Part shown: in pieces, positions 52,303 to 64,000 of the stretch
How positions within the stretch are numbered: the stretch's first letter is position 1
How the letters are laid out: the number at the start of each line of letters is the position of its first letter
Assembly: GCF_009834535.1 (NCBI RefSeq)
Contig: NC_045697.1
Span: 113,214,001-113,278,000 of the forward strand
From: Camelus ferus
Taxonomy: Eukaryota
Reading direction: 5' to 3'
Length of the DNA: 64,000 nt
Translations under genes and position numbers: made by a program
The notes under the pieces: generated by a model
The model's database searches: none
Seen by the model: the letters and a program-made list of their open reading frames with translations, nothing else
What the model was told of the DNA's origin: nothing

Positions 52303-53306
52303 TTTCCTTTTTATACTTTTTTATTATATGTTAATGCAATATATTGAATATAGTCCCTGTGATATACCATATAAGCTTATTGTTTAGCTATTTTATATAT
52401 AGTGGTTAGTACCTGCAAATCTCAAACTCCTATTTTATCCCTTTGTATCCCCTTCATCCCCGGTAACTATGAGTTTGTTTTCTGTGTCTGTGAGTCTGTT
52501 TCTGTTTGTAAATAAGCTCACTTGTGTGATGACCTTTTTTCTTAGGTTCCACATATAAGTAATATCATGTATTTGTCATCACATAGAATGATGATCTCCA
52601 GGTCCATTTATGTTGCTGCAAATGGCATTATTTTACGCTTTTTATGGCTGAGTATTATTCCATTGTATAAATATACCACAACTTCTTTATCTAATCATCT
52701 GTCAAGGGACATTTAGGTTGTTTCCATGTCTTGGCTATTGTAAATAGTGCTGCTATGAACATTGGGGTGTGTGTATCTTTTTGAATTAGAATTCCCTCTG
52801 CATATTTGCCTGGGATTGCTAGATCATGTGGTAAGTCTGTAGTTTTTTGAAGAATCTCCATACTGTTTTCCATAATGGCTGCACCAAACTACATTCCCAA
52901 GAGCACTGTGTGAGGGTTCCCTTTTCTCCACACCCTCTCCAGCATTTATTGTTTGTGGAATTTTTAATGATGGCCATTCTGACTGGTGTGAGATGATATC
53001 TCATTTTAGTTTTGATTTGCATTTCTCTGATAATTAGTGACATAGAGCATTTTTTCATGTGCCTATTGGCCATTTGTATGTTTTCATTGGATAACTGCTT
53101 GTTTAGATCTTCTGCCTACTTTTTGATTGAGTTGTTTGTTTTTTTGTTATCATGTTGTTTTATCTGTTTATATATTCTGGAGATTAAGCTCTTGTCATTT
53201 GCATGATTTGCAACTATTTTCTCCCATTCCATAGATTGTCTTTTTGGTTTGCTTATGGTTTCCTTTGTTGTGCAAAAGCTTATAAGTTTCATTAAGTACC
53301 ATTTGG
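52303..53306 (-). mobile_element. 5'-truncated LINE-1 inserted in the outer ERV gag relic
   Basis: [34 protein letters not shown] (ORF2 C-terminus). Perfect 15-bp TSD TCATCCCATTTCTTA (52288-52302, 53307-53321). Confidence 0.96.
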
Positions 53307-55048
53307 TCATCCCATTTCTTAATAACCATCTAAAGATTTCCACCCTGCTGGGATGAGTCCAATGACTTCCTTTTTTATTCCTATTACTGCCTCTTTCAAC
53401 ATTTGTTTTATTTACTTTGTTTCTTAATAACCCCTTAAAAATTTCCAGTTTGGGGAAGAGACTCTTGACTTTCCTCTGGGCTCCTTCCAATTCTCTTGTT
53501 AATTAACCTAATGTTTTTATTAGCATTTGTAAGACATATGAGGGGGAGTGGAGATGGCAACTTTGATAAAGCTTCTTTAACTTCTTTTTGTTTTGTTTTG
53601 TTTTTTAAGGGAGCCCTCAAAGTTAGTCATTATATTTCTTTGGATCCACCTTGTAATTTGGTACCAATAAAACAGTTGTTTATAATGAGAATGTTCTAAA
53701 ATCTTACCAGTTTAGAAGTTTCTCCAATTCAAAGGATCATCTTGCCATTATAGGATCTTAAAAGGGCACAAACTAATAAACTGTTTTTATGGCTTAACCA
53801 TGGGCAAAAGAAACGTCTCACAAGAGAGTGCAAAGAATGCAGCTTTCACAAGACCCAGAAAGTTAATTCCCCCAAAATAGTCTAAGAAAGTGAAGACCTT
53901 TGTTGCACAGGCAGTAAGGATGGTGCAGTCCCAACGTTCATAGCAGCATTATTGACAACTAACAACACAAAGAAAGTTGAGATGACAAAGGTCCCTTACG
54001 GTCTGGGACCTTTGCGACAAACTCCCCTGAAAGCTGGCACAGCTGAGCACAGAGAATGGCAGTCTCAAGAGCAAGTTGTTGCCTGGGCTTCTGACCAGCT
54101 GGTTACGGCTACTAAGAATCTTCGTCTCTTTCACTGACTGCCAAATAAACACAGGAAAGTGCACTTTCTGGATAGTGGAAGCCGGAAAGAATATTCTCAC
54201 TGGTCACAAAGTCAAACTCTTAGGACATAGAACAAAACAAAAGGAAAATATTTATCTTTTTTCTCTCTCTCTCTCTCTTTTTTTTTTTTTTTTTTCCATG
54301 CATAAGAACAAGTTTAACTAAGCTTTGGGTCTCTTGGAACCAAACTAATACCTCGGAGGGATACGTTGTGGGGTGGGGATTGTGTGTTGCTTTACAAAGC
54401 GCCTTATTGTGTGGACATTTTTTGAGGCTGGCTCATAATTTGGTGTTGATCTAACATGTTCCATGTCCAACTTATCCTATAAGAAATACCTTCTTGAGTT
54501 GGTGAGTGCCACAGTAACTGTTAAGTGCTCAATCTTTATGTACCCGTTTTGCTGCTGTGCCTTCCAAGATGTCCCTTAGCAATAATCTTCGCCTCAGGGG
54601 TATATCAACCCACAGAGAAGTGTGTCTAAACAGATATCAGTCTGGTAAGACCCACGAACTTGTTAGTCTGTGGGGCTGGCCTAGACAACTGGCTTATAGG
54701 GCCGATGCCTTGATCCTGCCTTTCCTTTCCATGAACAAAGAACACAATAGACAGAGACAAAGAAAAACAGTGTCCATCTCTGGCAAGAAAAGGATCAGTT
54801 AAGACAAGAGTGCCCCATCAATTTAACCAAGAGTCACTTAAGTCCGAAGAACTAGCTCTACAAATATTTCCTCCAGCTAATCTAGTTTTAGAGACATTTA
54901 CCCTTTTTGTTTCCAACAGACCCTGCAGGCAAAGCTCTAGGAGACTGACTGACACGGTAAGGATTTTTACCTTCTGCCAGCTTCATTTGTCCCAGCATCT
55001 CTTAGCTCAGCAGCCTTGGGGCAAGTAGTGTTCAGCCAGTAAAGTTGA

Positions 55049-55066
55049 ATCCTGCTGACTTTGCCA
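55049..55066 (-). other. Primer-binding site, tRNA-Ser-like
   Basis: TGGCAAAGTCAGCAGGAT vs tRNA-Ser PBS TGGCGTAGTCGGCAGGAT (15/18, two differences at CpG). Confidence 0.7.
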
Positions 55067-55068
55067 AC

Positions 55069-55630
55069 AGTCAGGGAGGAAGAAATTTTCCTCTACCTTT
55101 TTAATTTCTCCTGGCTGGTCCAAAAATTAAACTGGCAGGAAACAAGAGTAACAGATAAAATCAAATAAAGTTTAATAATGTGTACATGAGAGAGACCCAG
55201 GAAAACTGAGTAACTCACCCAAATGGCTGACACCCTCACCTTAAATACCATCTACTGCGAAAAACAAAAAGGATGTCGGGGGTAGTGGTTTAGGAAGGCA
55301 ATTCACATGGAGATGAAAAACCAAATGTTTGGTGAATAAATACTTGCTGGGCCAGGCAGAGAAAATGGGACACAGAGTGGACTAATTTCTGGGTCCTGAG
55401 GAGTTTCCCTCACCACACCCAGCCCACATTCTTTGCAGATATACCTGGTGATAGCTCTACTCTGGGAACCTGGGAACAGGCCCTTTATCTAAATTATTTT
55501 ATGCAGTTAAGGGAGTGGGGTGGAAAACAAGTAAAACTTCCTGAATTTTCATTTCTTAAAGATAATCAGCCAAAATTAATCCTCAAGTCAAAAAGACACA
55601 TTGGGCGGGGGGTAATTTTGCTCTACTATA
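55069..55630 (-). repeat. 5' LTR of the outer ERV
   Basis: Homologous to 42687-43197 and adjacent to the PBS. Confidence 0.82.
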
Positions 55631-56077
55631 ATGTTTAGATAATCTGCATATATTTGATTATATATGCATAAAATATTTTTGTAAAAATGCACCAGAAAAT
55701 GATACCATGTACTGCTAAAGGGCAATTCCTGGGGTCTTGAAGAGGAAGTAGGTGGGTGTTTTCCTCTGTATCCCTGGATCCATTCTTGTATTTTTTAACT
55801 TTTGAATAAAAGGAGTATATTATTTATTCAAAATATAAAGAAATATAATTAAAATTGTTTGGAATGCCAAACTAGAGAGAGTATTTAAACCAAGACTGTA
55901 ATGAGAAAAAAACATTTACTAAGAAATACTATTTGTCATCCATGCAAAAAAAAAAAAAAAAAAAACACTCAAAGATTTAGACAATAGTTTCTTATGGGAA
56001 AAGGAAAACTTTTAACATATTTCTGTGGAAAATTTAATAAACAGAGGAAAAAAAAAAAAACCTTCCCTTTATATTAA

Positions 56078-56646
56078 TATCAACAAGCAAAAGTTTGTGT
56101 GCCCAATGCCCAGTGAGACCAAGCAAACTGAAACATCAGAGTTTGGAGCAAAGAAATGTTTATTGCAAGGCTGAGCCAGAAGGATGAGTGGCTCATACTC
56201 AAAAGACACAAAATCCCAGATGGTTTTCAGGGAGCAGTTTTCATAGGCAAAATCTGGGAGGAGGTCTGCAGGGTGTGTGACCTTCCTCTAATTGGTTGGT
56301 TCCTCTGATCCAGGGTATTGCCCCAGGAATCTTGTGCTCAGCCTGAAGTTGCCACCCGCCACCTGCGTAGGGTCATAGTTCTTACAGAAGAATTCTAAGG
56401 TATTGTTATGTATTTCATTCAGAAGGAACCAGGACCCTGCCACAAGGCTGCACTATTGTTTCTTGACTGCTCCTCCCTTGTTTCTGCCTTCCTTCCCTTC
56501 CGTGATTAGCAACTGTTTGAATCTGCCCTTTGGAACTCAGGGAAGGTCAAGGAGGCCAAATGAAGCCTACTAACTACAAAAGAGAAGTGCGAGACTGAAA
56601 GGATTGTACCTGGGGAAGAAGCCACAAGGTCCTGCTCTGCTTTACT
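56078..56646 (-). mobile_element. Solo ERV LTR
   Basis: GAGTTTGGAGCAAAGAAATGTTTATTGCAAGG ... GGTCCTGCTCTGCTTTAC. Organisation resembles the LTRs at 26182 and 60248. Termini are degraded. Confidence 0.7.
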
Positions 56647-57518
56647 GATAGGTTTTATTTTCCCCTCTTTGTCCTACAATAGGAATAGTCTGCATATTTT
56701 CACATAATAAACATCTTTGGAATTGCTCATACACTTCATCTGTATTATAGTATTGTTAATTTATTGTATTTAAGTGAACATTTGCATTTAACTAGTGAAA
56801 GTTGACAAGACTGCCCATGCATAAGAATTTTTTCATTAAACATCTACCTTCCTTCTGTATTATATGATTATAAATGACATGATTTTTAAGGTGTTTAGGA
56901 ATAAGTAATAAGTTAATATAGAGTCCAGTGTTGGAGCCCACTCAATTCACCTCTTTATGTTTTCTGTGATGTGCACCTTCAAGTGATTATTTAAAGATGA
57001 CCTCAGAAGGATATTGCTTAATGACTTAAAGGATAAGTCAGCTTCTGTTTTTATTTAAGGATAGCACAAACTGGAAGCTACACAACAAGAATGGTTGTCT
57101 TTAGCAACCATAACTGTACACTTGAGGCTTGGTAGAGAATGCAAATGAGATCTATTTAGCTTAGAAGAAAAACTCCAATAAGAAAATATTCCATTTTTCT
57201 TGTGACCAAGATTAGTCTTGTATTAAGTGTCCTGAGTTGGGACTGAGAAGTGATGTTGCTGATCAAAATGAATGGGAAGAAAACAAGTTCAATATAGTTA
57301 ATGAAATGCTCTTTAATTATAGATATCTGCGTGGGAGAGAAAACTGCTTTTCATGGACAACAAAGACTTTGTCCTTATCTTAATAAAATAGAGTATATTA
57401 AACTAATTAGCATATGTAGGAAGCACTTTACTTGTTCCTAGATGAAGTTTAATCAATTCTGTGCTGATTTCACTCTAAATAACATTATAGGAAAAGATTC
57501 TTAAACAAGATCAGAGTA

Positions 57519-57869
57519 CAGTTGACCGTTGAACAAGGTGGGGGTTAAGGGCGCCTACCGCCCCACCTCCTGCCCTTCACAGCTCCTGCAATCAGCAATC
57601 CAAGTATTGCTCTCTCTGCCTCAGAAACAAAGAAATTGTTCAGTGACTCACCCAAGGGCAGGAAACTGACACAGTTTGGATAGAATCAGGGCTCAAACAC
57701 TAGTTCTCTTTGACTTTACATATTGTGATCTCTAATCGAACACAAACCTTTTCCCACACTTAGTTAAAGATCTGTAAAATGAAAATACAGGTACTACATT
57801 TATTGAAAAAAAAATCTATGGATAAATGGACCTGTGCAGTTCAAACCCGTGTTGTTCAAAAGTCAACTG
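57519..57869. mobile_element. TcMar-Tigger non-autonomous element (Tigger2a-like)
   Basis: TIRs CAGTTGACCGTTGAACAA / TTGTTCAAAAGTCAACTG flanked by TA TSD. Confidence 0.9.
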
Positions 57870-59329
57870 TATACCCCAAAGGGCAACTATCTTTACATTT
57901 GACTCTATCAGATTAACAAATGTCTATATTTAGAAAGGTGCCAAAAACAAAATTAAAATATAAGAACATGTTAACACATATAAAGCACTTAGAAACATGC
58001 CTGGCACAGTTTAAAGCCTCAATATATGTTAATAATTTCACTTTAATTTTTGGCCATGAAGTAAGAAATAGAAGCTTATAGGAAAGCTAAATCCTATCTT
58101 TCTTCAATAATATTTAATTGAAGCATACACACAGGAAAGTACACAAATCTCACTTGTACAGCTTAATAAATTTCTACAAAAGTGAGCACACTTGCCCAGA
58201 TCAAGAAATAAGCATTGTCACATCCCAGAAGCCCCCTCACCCCCACCCCGATTAGGAACCCCCTAGCTTCCCAGAGGTAGGTTGCCCTACCTTAATATTA
58301 ATTAATTAATAATAAAACACAATAGTTCAGTTTTGCCTAGTTTTGAACTCCATATAGATGGACTCATACAGCATATATTTACATCAGTTTTGTATTCTGA
58401 GTAAGACTTTATCACAATTTTAGTGGCTTAAAATAACACAGACTTATTATCTCATTGTTTCCCTGGGTCAAAAGTCCTGCATTGTGCGACTGGATTCTCA
58501 GCTCAGGGTCTCACATGACTGAGATCTGTCTGGATTCACAGATTCTGAAGCTGACCTACATCGGGAATAAAGTGGAAGTGCTCCAGAAGTCCATGGAGGT
58601 TTGCCAGAAATAACAGCATTAATTTAGGTCAAATCTATTGCAGGGTAGAGCAATACTTTTCAGACCAGTATTAGAGCATCTTCTATACAGGTCCTAAAAT
58701 TTACAATATGTATATACATGTAGGGAAAATGCTGAAAGACTTTGAGTTTGACCCAAAATGTGTTCTTCCAAAATTCTAGGTTTTCTCAGTCTTTCATTAT
58801 TTTTGCACTATTTTGCAGCCTTACAAGTTGTATCTAAAGGCAATGCAAAGATCCTTCCCCATAAAAATGCAAATTGTTTGTCAGATGGAATGGAATTTAT
58901 TATTGCTTGTGAGTTGACCCATTGTGCATCTGTTTGCAAATTTATTTCAGCATTCCTTATTTGCCTACATGTGTATAACTCTTTGAATTTTCTTTTGAAA
59001 CTGATTGTAACATCTTACTGATTTCATTGTCAATTAATCAGTTAAAAACAAAATCTTTGACATGTGTTCATTTTGTACTTCTATGGGAGTCATAATTTTA
59101 CCTTTTAAAAAATCTATTCTTTAACATAATTTCATAATAATTTGATCATTGTGTTTCATTTATATATGCCTATTTATAGAAACCAGAACCAATTTACCAT
59201 TTAAATGGATTCAAATATTTGTGTGTATTCCAACTTTAAGGTACATTTTTAGTCATTTTAATGATTAATTTTGAGTTCTTCTTCAGGAATTGAATTGAAC
59301 TTCATACTACTATTCCAATAGATAGGAAA

Positions 59330-60010
59330 GTCTGCATTACAAGGTCCATCCATAATGCAGATAACAGTGTAAATTTAATCTTATCAATTGCTTCCCTAAA
59401 TCTTTTCTGTAATTTCCCATTACTCTTGTGATAAAACTCCACATCCTTAACTGGTCCCAATCTTTCTCTTCTGGACGATTTCCGCACTCCACAGAGCTTT
59501 CCACAAAGATACTGATCATTTTCTCAGTCTCTCAAACACAACATGTATATTTCTCAGTTCACAATCTTTGCACATGCTATTGGTTCTGCCTGGAAAGCGT
59601 TTCCCCACCATCTACAACTCTCCCCTTTATTCCTTCTGAGTCTCTCTTCCTCTTTCTTCCTTCCCCCTCTTTTCCATCCTATCCTACCCACCTCCCTGCT
59701 TTATTCATTCCAATTCAACCCTTAGATTCATCTCAAGTTTTCCCCTTCAGGCAAATTTTCCTAATCCCACCCCCAGAATAAATCAGGTCCCTTTGTAACT
59801 CACTCTCAGCATCAGATTTCTCTCCTTCTTGGCATTTAGCCCACTTTGTAATGATGGATTCAATTTTTAATTACTTTTTTAAAGTTTTTAAGTAATTTTA
59901 AAGTAATTTAATTAATTTTAAAGTTAAGGGCCTGGTCTCTTGCTTACCTGTGTATCTGCAACTTCTAGTAAAAAATCTGACATGTATTGTGTACTCAATA
60001 AATTACTCAG
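59330..60010. mobile_element. LINE-2 3' relic
   Basis: CTTTGCACATGCTATTGGTTCTGCCTGGAA and GTACTCAATAAAT are L2-like motifs. Boundaries approximate. Confidence 0.6.
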
Positions 60011-60247
60011 CTACCTTGGCATCTTACTACTTTGCTATGAGGTCGGACATGTGAAATTGTCACTATTCCGCCACTTTTATGTACTACTACTAATAATTTC
60101 TAAAAATGTGACCACACAATAAGGTATTTCTAGATGCAATTCTCTTGGATAGCATGCAAATGAGTCTTGAAAGTGGCTTCCCCATGTTAGTAATTAAGAA
60201 TGATGCGAATTCTGGTTCAAATTTTGTCCTTTACTATAGTGTGGCAT

Positions 60248-61311
60248 CGTTACTGACCCAGGTTTGGCTGCCGTGTTGCTGGAAAAGCAATACTTGAGAG
60301 ACAAATGCTGGTAGGAACAGAAAAGGTGCTTTAATCAGGAAGCTGAGGAGAAGGTGAACTTGAGTCCCGGAATCAACTCCAAAGATTCTGCTTGGCCTTG
60401 AAAGTTTTTAAAGGGAAAAAGGAGAAGTAACCTCAGTTAATCACTGCAGTAGGGAATCAGATTTGTTGCCATCTTCCACTGTGTGCAGGCTTGTTGACTC
60501 CTTGTGGTCTTTCTTTGGATGCTGTCTTGTTCACACAGTTTGCTCACAAGATTACTGAAGGGGAAACTGGGGGAAGATCTAGTCATTCATTAATTACTTA
60601 TTCTTCATTTCTACTTCTTTGATCAACGGAAAGAACCAACAGGTTAGGCTGACTATTATGTGATCAAAAGATTTGAAATGTGTGCTTGGGCTGGAGGTTA
60701 GTTAAAATACAGCTTTAGTAAAGTGACAAGACAAAAGAAGGCAAGCAGAGAGCTCTTTTCTGCAAAGATCTGCCTGTAAAAACCTGCTTACAAATCGCCA
60801 TTTGTCAAACATTATTCCATTTCTATGGGATTATGGGTGAAGGTTTGTCTTCTGTAACTTCTTCATGCTGACCTGGGGCACCATGTTCTCAGAGTAGAAG
60901 ATGTCAGCGTGGGTCTGTAGCATCTCTTTGCTGACAGTTTAGATACTTGCTTACATAGACAGGAAGAGCGAGCTACAATTATTCTGATGCCCACAGATAT
61001 ACAGATTTATGAGCAAAAGTGTTAATCCTGTTCTCTTGAGGACAGTCCTTGGAATTGTGCTAAACATAGATTCAGTTGTGCTCAAGATGGAGCAGATTAT
61101 GTCATGACTGCAGTCTGGTCATCACACAGGTAGCTTTTTCCCTCTGGTGGCAGTTATGATATCTGTGACTCTGTTGCCCTAATAATTAGCTTCTTGAACT
61201 TGCTCTTTTGTGACTCAGGGAAACCTGGGAGACTTCAACTTTTCTACAAACAAGAGGGAGGGGACATGGAGGGACCTTTGTACTGGGTGGGGACAGTTCT
61301 GCTCAGTTTCA
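60248..61311 (-). mobile_element. Long (1064-bp) solo ERV LTR inserted in a MIR
   Basis: (C/T)GTTACTGA...CAGTTTCA termini with perfect TSD GCAT (60244-60247, 61312-61315). Flanks rejoin as a MIR-like sequence. Confidence 0.85.
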
Positions 61312-64000
61312 GCATGTCTTAGGAAAAAGTCTAAAAAATCTGTAAGTGTCTTACCTTTCTCACATAAAAAATAGGAATGATATAAGTGCTTTCTTGTAAA
61401 GTAGTTATGAGGATTAAATAAATTAATACATTTAAAGCAGTGAATATATTTAAACTCTGCTTAGCCTCAAGTAATATTAACTGTTTTTTTTTTTTAAATA
61501 CTTTTGTGGCCTGATTTCATAAAAAATACATAACATTTTTAAAAGAGAAGAAAAATACCTAGCATCTAAAAGACAGTCAATACTCATTATCTTTAAGGTC
61601 ATCAATGACAGCTTTAAGTGGCTGGTCCGTGAAGATCTTTCCTCTTGGAGGAAACACACACCATAGTATTGTAATACATATTGATAACTAGTTATTGTAG
61701 CAATGTTTTCCCACAGGATAGGAGAAGGAAAAGAAATGAACATTGTCATAATTTTTGTAATGTGATTGATAAGCCATAGAACAAGACCCCTTTGCGATCA
61801 TACTATCTAGAATCTAGATGGCCTTAGATTGGTTCAGGCTTCTTGTGATATACTCTAACTGCATCTGAATGATGGGAACATGAGAAATCCAAGAGTAAGC
61901 TCCCCCAAAACTGAACGAGTCTCCCTAAAATGTTCTCCAGATAATTAACAATGCCAGCTGTGCCATGAAAAAGAAAGGATCTCTAATCAAATAAGTTTGG
62001 GAAATACTCTTTCTAATGATTCACAGTAAACATTCACATATTAAAGGCTCTAAGATGTTCTCTAGAAAAGAAACATATTTGACTTGATTTAAGCCAATGA
62101 TTTTCAAATTCACTTTACTACAACTTTTTTTTAAAACATTATGCTTACAGACGCTTTGAGAAACCAGTGTCCATTGGGAACACACTTGGGAAACCCTGAT
62201 TTGGCCTTTTAGGTAATCCCAAATTATATAAAGTTTAATTAGAAGAAAACCCATACCATAGTCAATTAAAAATGATTTCTGGAAAAAATATAAAGCTATG
62301 AGATCTTTTTTGCTGGCTACACAGACACACAAATGTGCCCTTTTATATTCCAACATATGGTAAATCCTTCCAAAGTAAAACCTCAAACTTCAAAATTAAA
62401 AAAGGGCTACACTTACACAAAATGTTATCTAAACTCAATATTCTGGGTTACAGCTAACATTTAGATTGACTTTAAACTAAGGGAAATAATATATTCCAGG
62501 ACTAAGCATATGCAATTAGGAAAACAGACATACAGTATGTTAAAAAAAAAAATCAGGATAGATGGGAAAACTTCCCTTTTGTGATTCCTAATTATGCTCT
62601 GAAAAATGATCTGCACCCTGGACTCATTGCTGTGCATCTTTGTGGTTTGGAGATTTCTCTAAGAATTAAGCTGCAAAGATTATGTGTATTTCACAGTTGG
62701 CTGTATTGCCATGGGTTACTCTATATTATAGCATTTACGCATTTTTAAAGAATATGACACACCTTTCTCTCTATAGTTTCTTTATACTGAAATGTAATGG
62801 AAGTGCTTTAATTCCTCAATAGTGATAGAAGCTGGACAGAGTTAATTTTTTTAGAAAAGGTGAAAAGTAAAAAGGCCCTTTATTTTTAAAAAAAATTGCC
62901 AACCTGGAAACATTTCTTTTACAGAATCAGGTATCATAAGTTCTTGTGTGGAGTGTATTAAGTTTCAGAGATCTGTTAATAACATGTGGCAAAGACCACT
63001 AATTACCCACCATGTATCCTCATTCGAAATATTAACTGTCCATTAAATAGTCTTGATCTCATTCTATAATGTAAATAGCAGCTCAGTCAGGGGTTTCATT
63101 TTCTTGCCTCTGTTCACATAGGTGAGGCCATGTCACTAGTTCTGACCAAAGGACGATGATGTGTAGCATCACATCGAGGCTGAGGAGCCAGTCTTTCTTT
63201 CTATGGGCTCCCAGGTGAAGCATGAGGCAGACCCATGTATGTTGCATGTAATTATCTGTGACATGCACATCCGTGTTGATTTCCAGTGTTTCCTATCAAC
63301 AATTGTCTGTTGATCATTAGGTACATTAAAATGTCATTTTCAGGAAAAGAATGTGAAATCATGACAGTCATGCAGATATAAAAATGGAAATATGTGAAGA
63401 TTTTATTCTATTCATTGAATGAGGGAATCAGGCAGATGTTACAACCAATTCAAAGGAAGAGTCAAAAAAAAGCACAGACTGTCTGTGAAGTAAAGGCAAT
63501 GCTAAAACATACTGCAAATGGAAACAGAGCTATTTTTGGGGGGAGAACAAGGAGGCTGGAAAAAAGTCAATTAAATCTCTACCAGGTAGGACAGAATTTG
63601 CATATTTATCAGATACACAGTATAAGAATTATAAAATAACTCAGAGACGATGAAAAGCTAGAATCAGATCGCCTAGAAGGCTGTTTTACATATAAGTGGT
63701 GTATGGTTTCCAGTGAAATACAGATTGTCTCCTACATGTGGAAAATGAATCAAAAGATGCCACACTGTTTATCATCTGATCTAAGCCAAGTAACAATAGC
63801 TTATACTGGTACAATTTAAAAAAATTAACAGTAACTTGTCTTTATTTTAAATATATTGCCATTATTAAGTGCATTAGTACAGCAACACATATTTACATTA
63901 CAAGTTATTTCTATTTTTTAATAATAGTGTTTCTATACAGTTTATTTTCTTCGTGATTTCAGTATTTTCCTTTATATATTTAAAATATCATTCTGAGAAG

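Larger units (their letters stand above)
42687..55630 (-). mobile_element. Outer endogenous retrovirus (MER4-group-like, non-coding internal region) with two LTRs
   Basis: Homologous LTRs at about 42687-43197 and 55069-55630 (e.g. GAAAACTGAGTAACTC, CCTTAAATACCATCT, TTCTTTGCAGA). PBS at 55049-55066; purine-rich tract next to 43197; possible TSD ATGT; gag-like relic EIFRWLLRNGM. Confidence 0.85.
42340..55860 (+). mobile_element. Old L1M (L1ME-like) 3' end, split by the 13-kb ERV (pieces at about 42340-42680 and 55631-55860)
   Basis: Both flanks of the ERV read like consecutive parts of a degraded L1M 3'UTR (AATAGAATATTATACCATC... and TATATGCATAAAATATTTTTGTAAAAATGCACCAGAAA). Confidence 0.5.

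Noticed and set aside
53116..53490. 124-aa ORF that looks like a Gag-L1 ORF2 fusion
   Set aside because: Chance in-frame read-through across the 5' junction of a truncated L1 into a decayed gag. No promoter or conservation evidence.
63340..63800. Purine-rich, coding-like segment with an 81-aa ORF
   Set aside because: No recognisable protein or transposase motif and several stops in neighbouring frames; cannot be supported without a database search.

Overview
AT-rich, repeat-dense mammalian genomic DNA. A tRNA-derived SINE present in four copies resembles the camelid SINE as I recall it, so the source is probably a camelid (inference). No complete protein-coding gene is recognisable, and most ORFs in the track are microsatellite or transposon artefacts. 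The main contents are: (i) a full-length but decayed LINE-1 (5174-11881) with a 17-bp target-site duplication (TSD); (ii) a nested retroelement stack at about 42.3-55.9 kb, in which an old L1M 3' end is split by a 13-kb minus-strand ERV (tRNA-Ser-like PBS), which carries a 5'-truncated L1 and a solo LTR, which is in turn split by a 3.9-kb internally deleted gammaretrovirus-like provirus (tRNA-His PBS, two CCHC knuckles, protease, RT, env tail, AGGG TSD); (iii) at least six further solo LTRs, MaLR LTRs, DNA-transposon MITEs, MIR/L2 relics and long simple repeats; (iv) an unidentified candidate minus-strand terminal exon at about 40.1-40.36 kb, a GC/CpG-enriched putative regulatory segment at about 16.3-17.15 kb, a good CTCF motif and a few orphan splice signals. 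I found no prokaryotic-type system such as CRISPR or operons. Repeat family names are from memory of consensus sequences and need RepeatMasker/Dfam confirmation.
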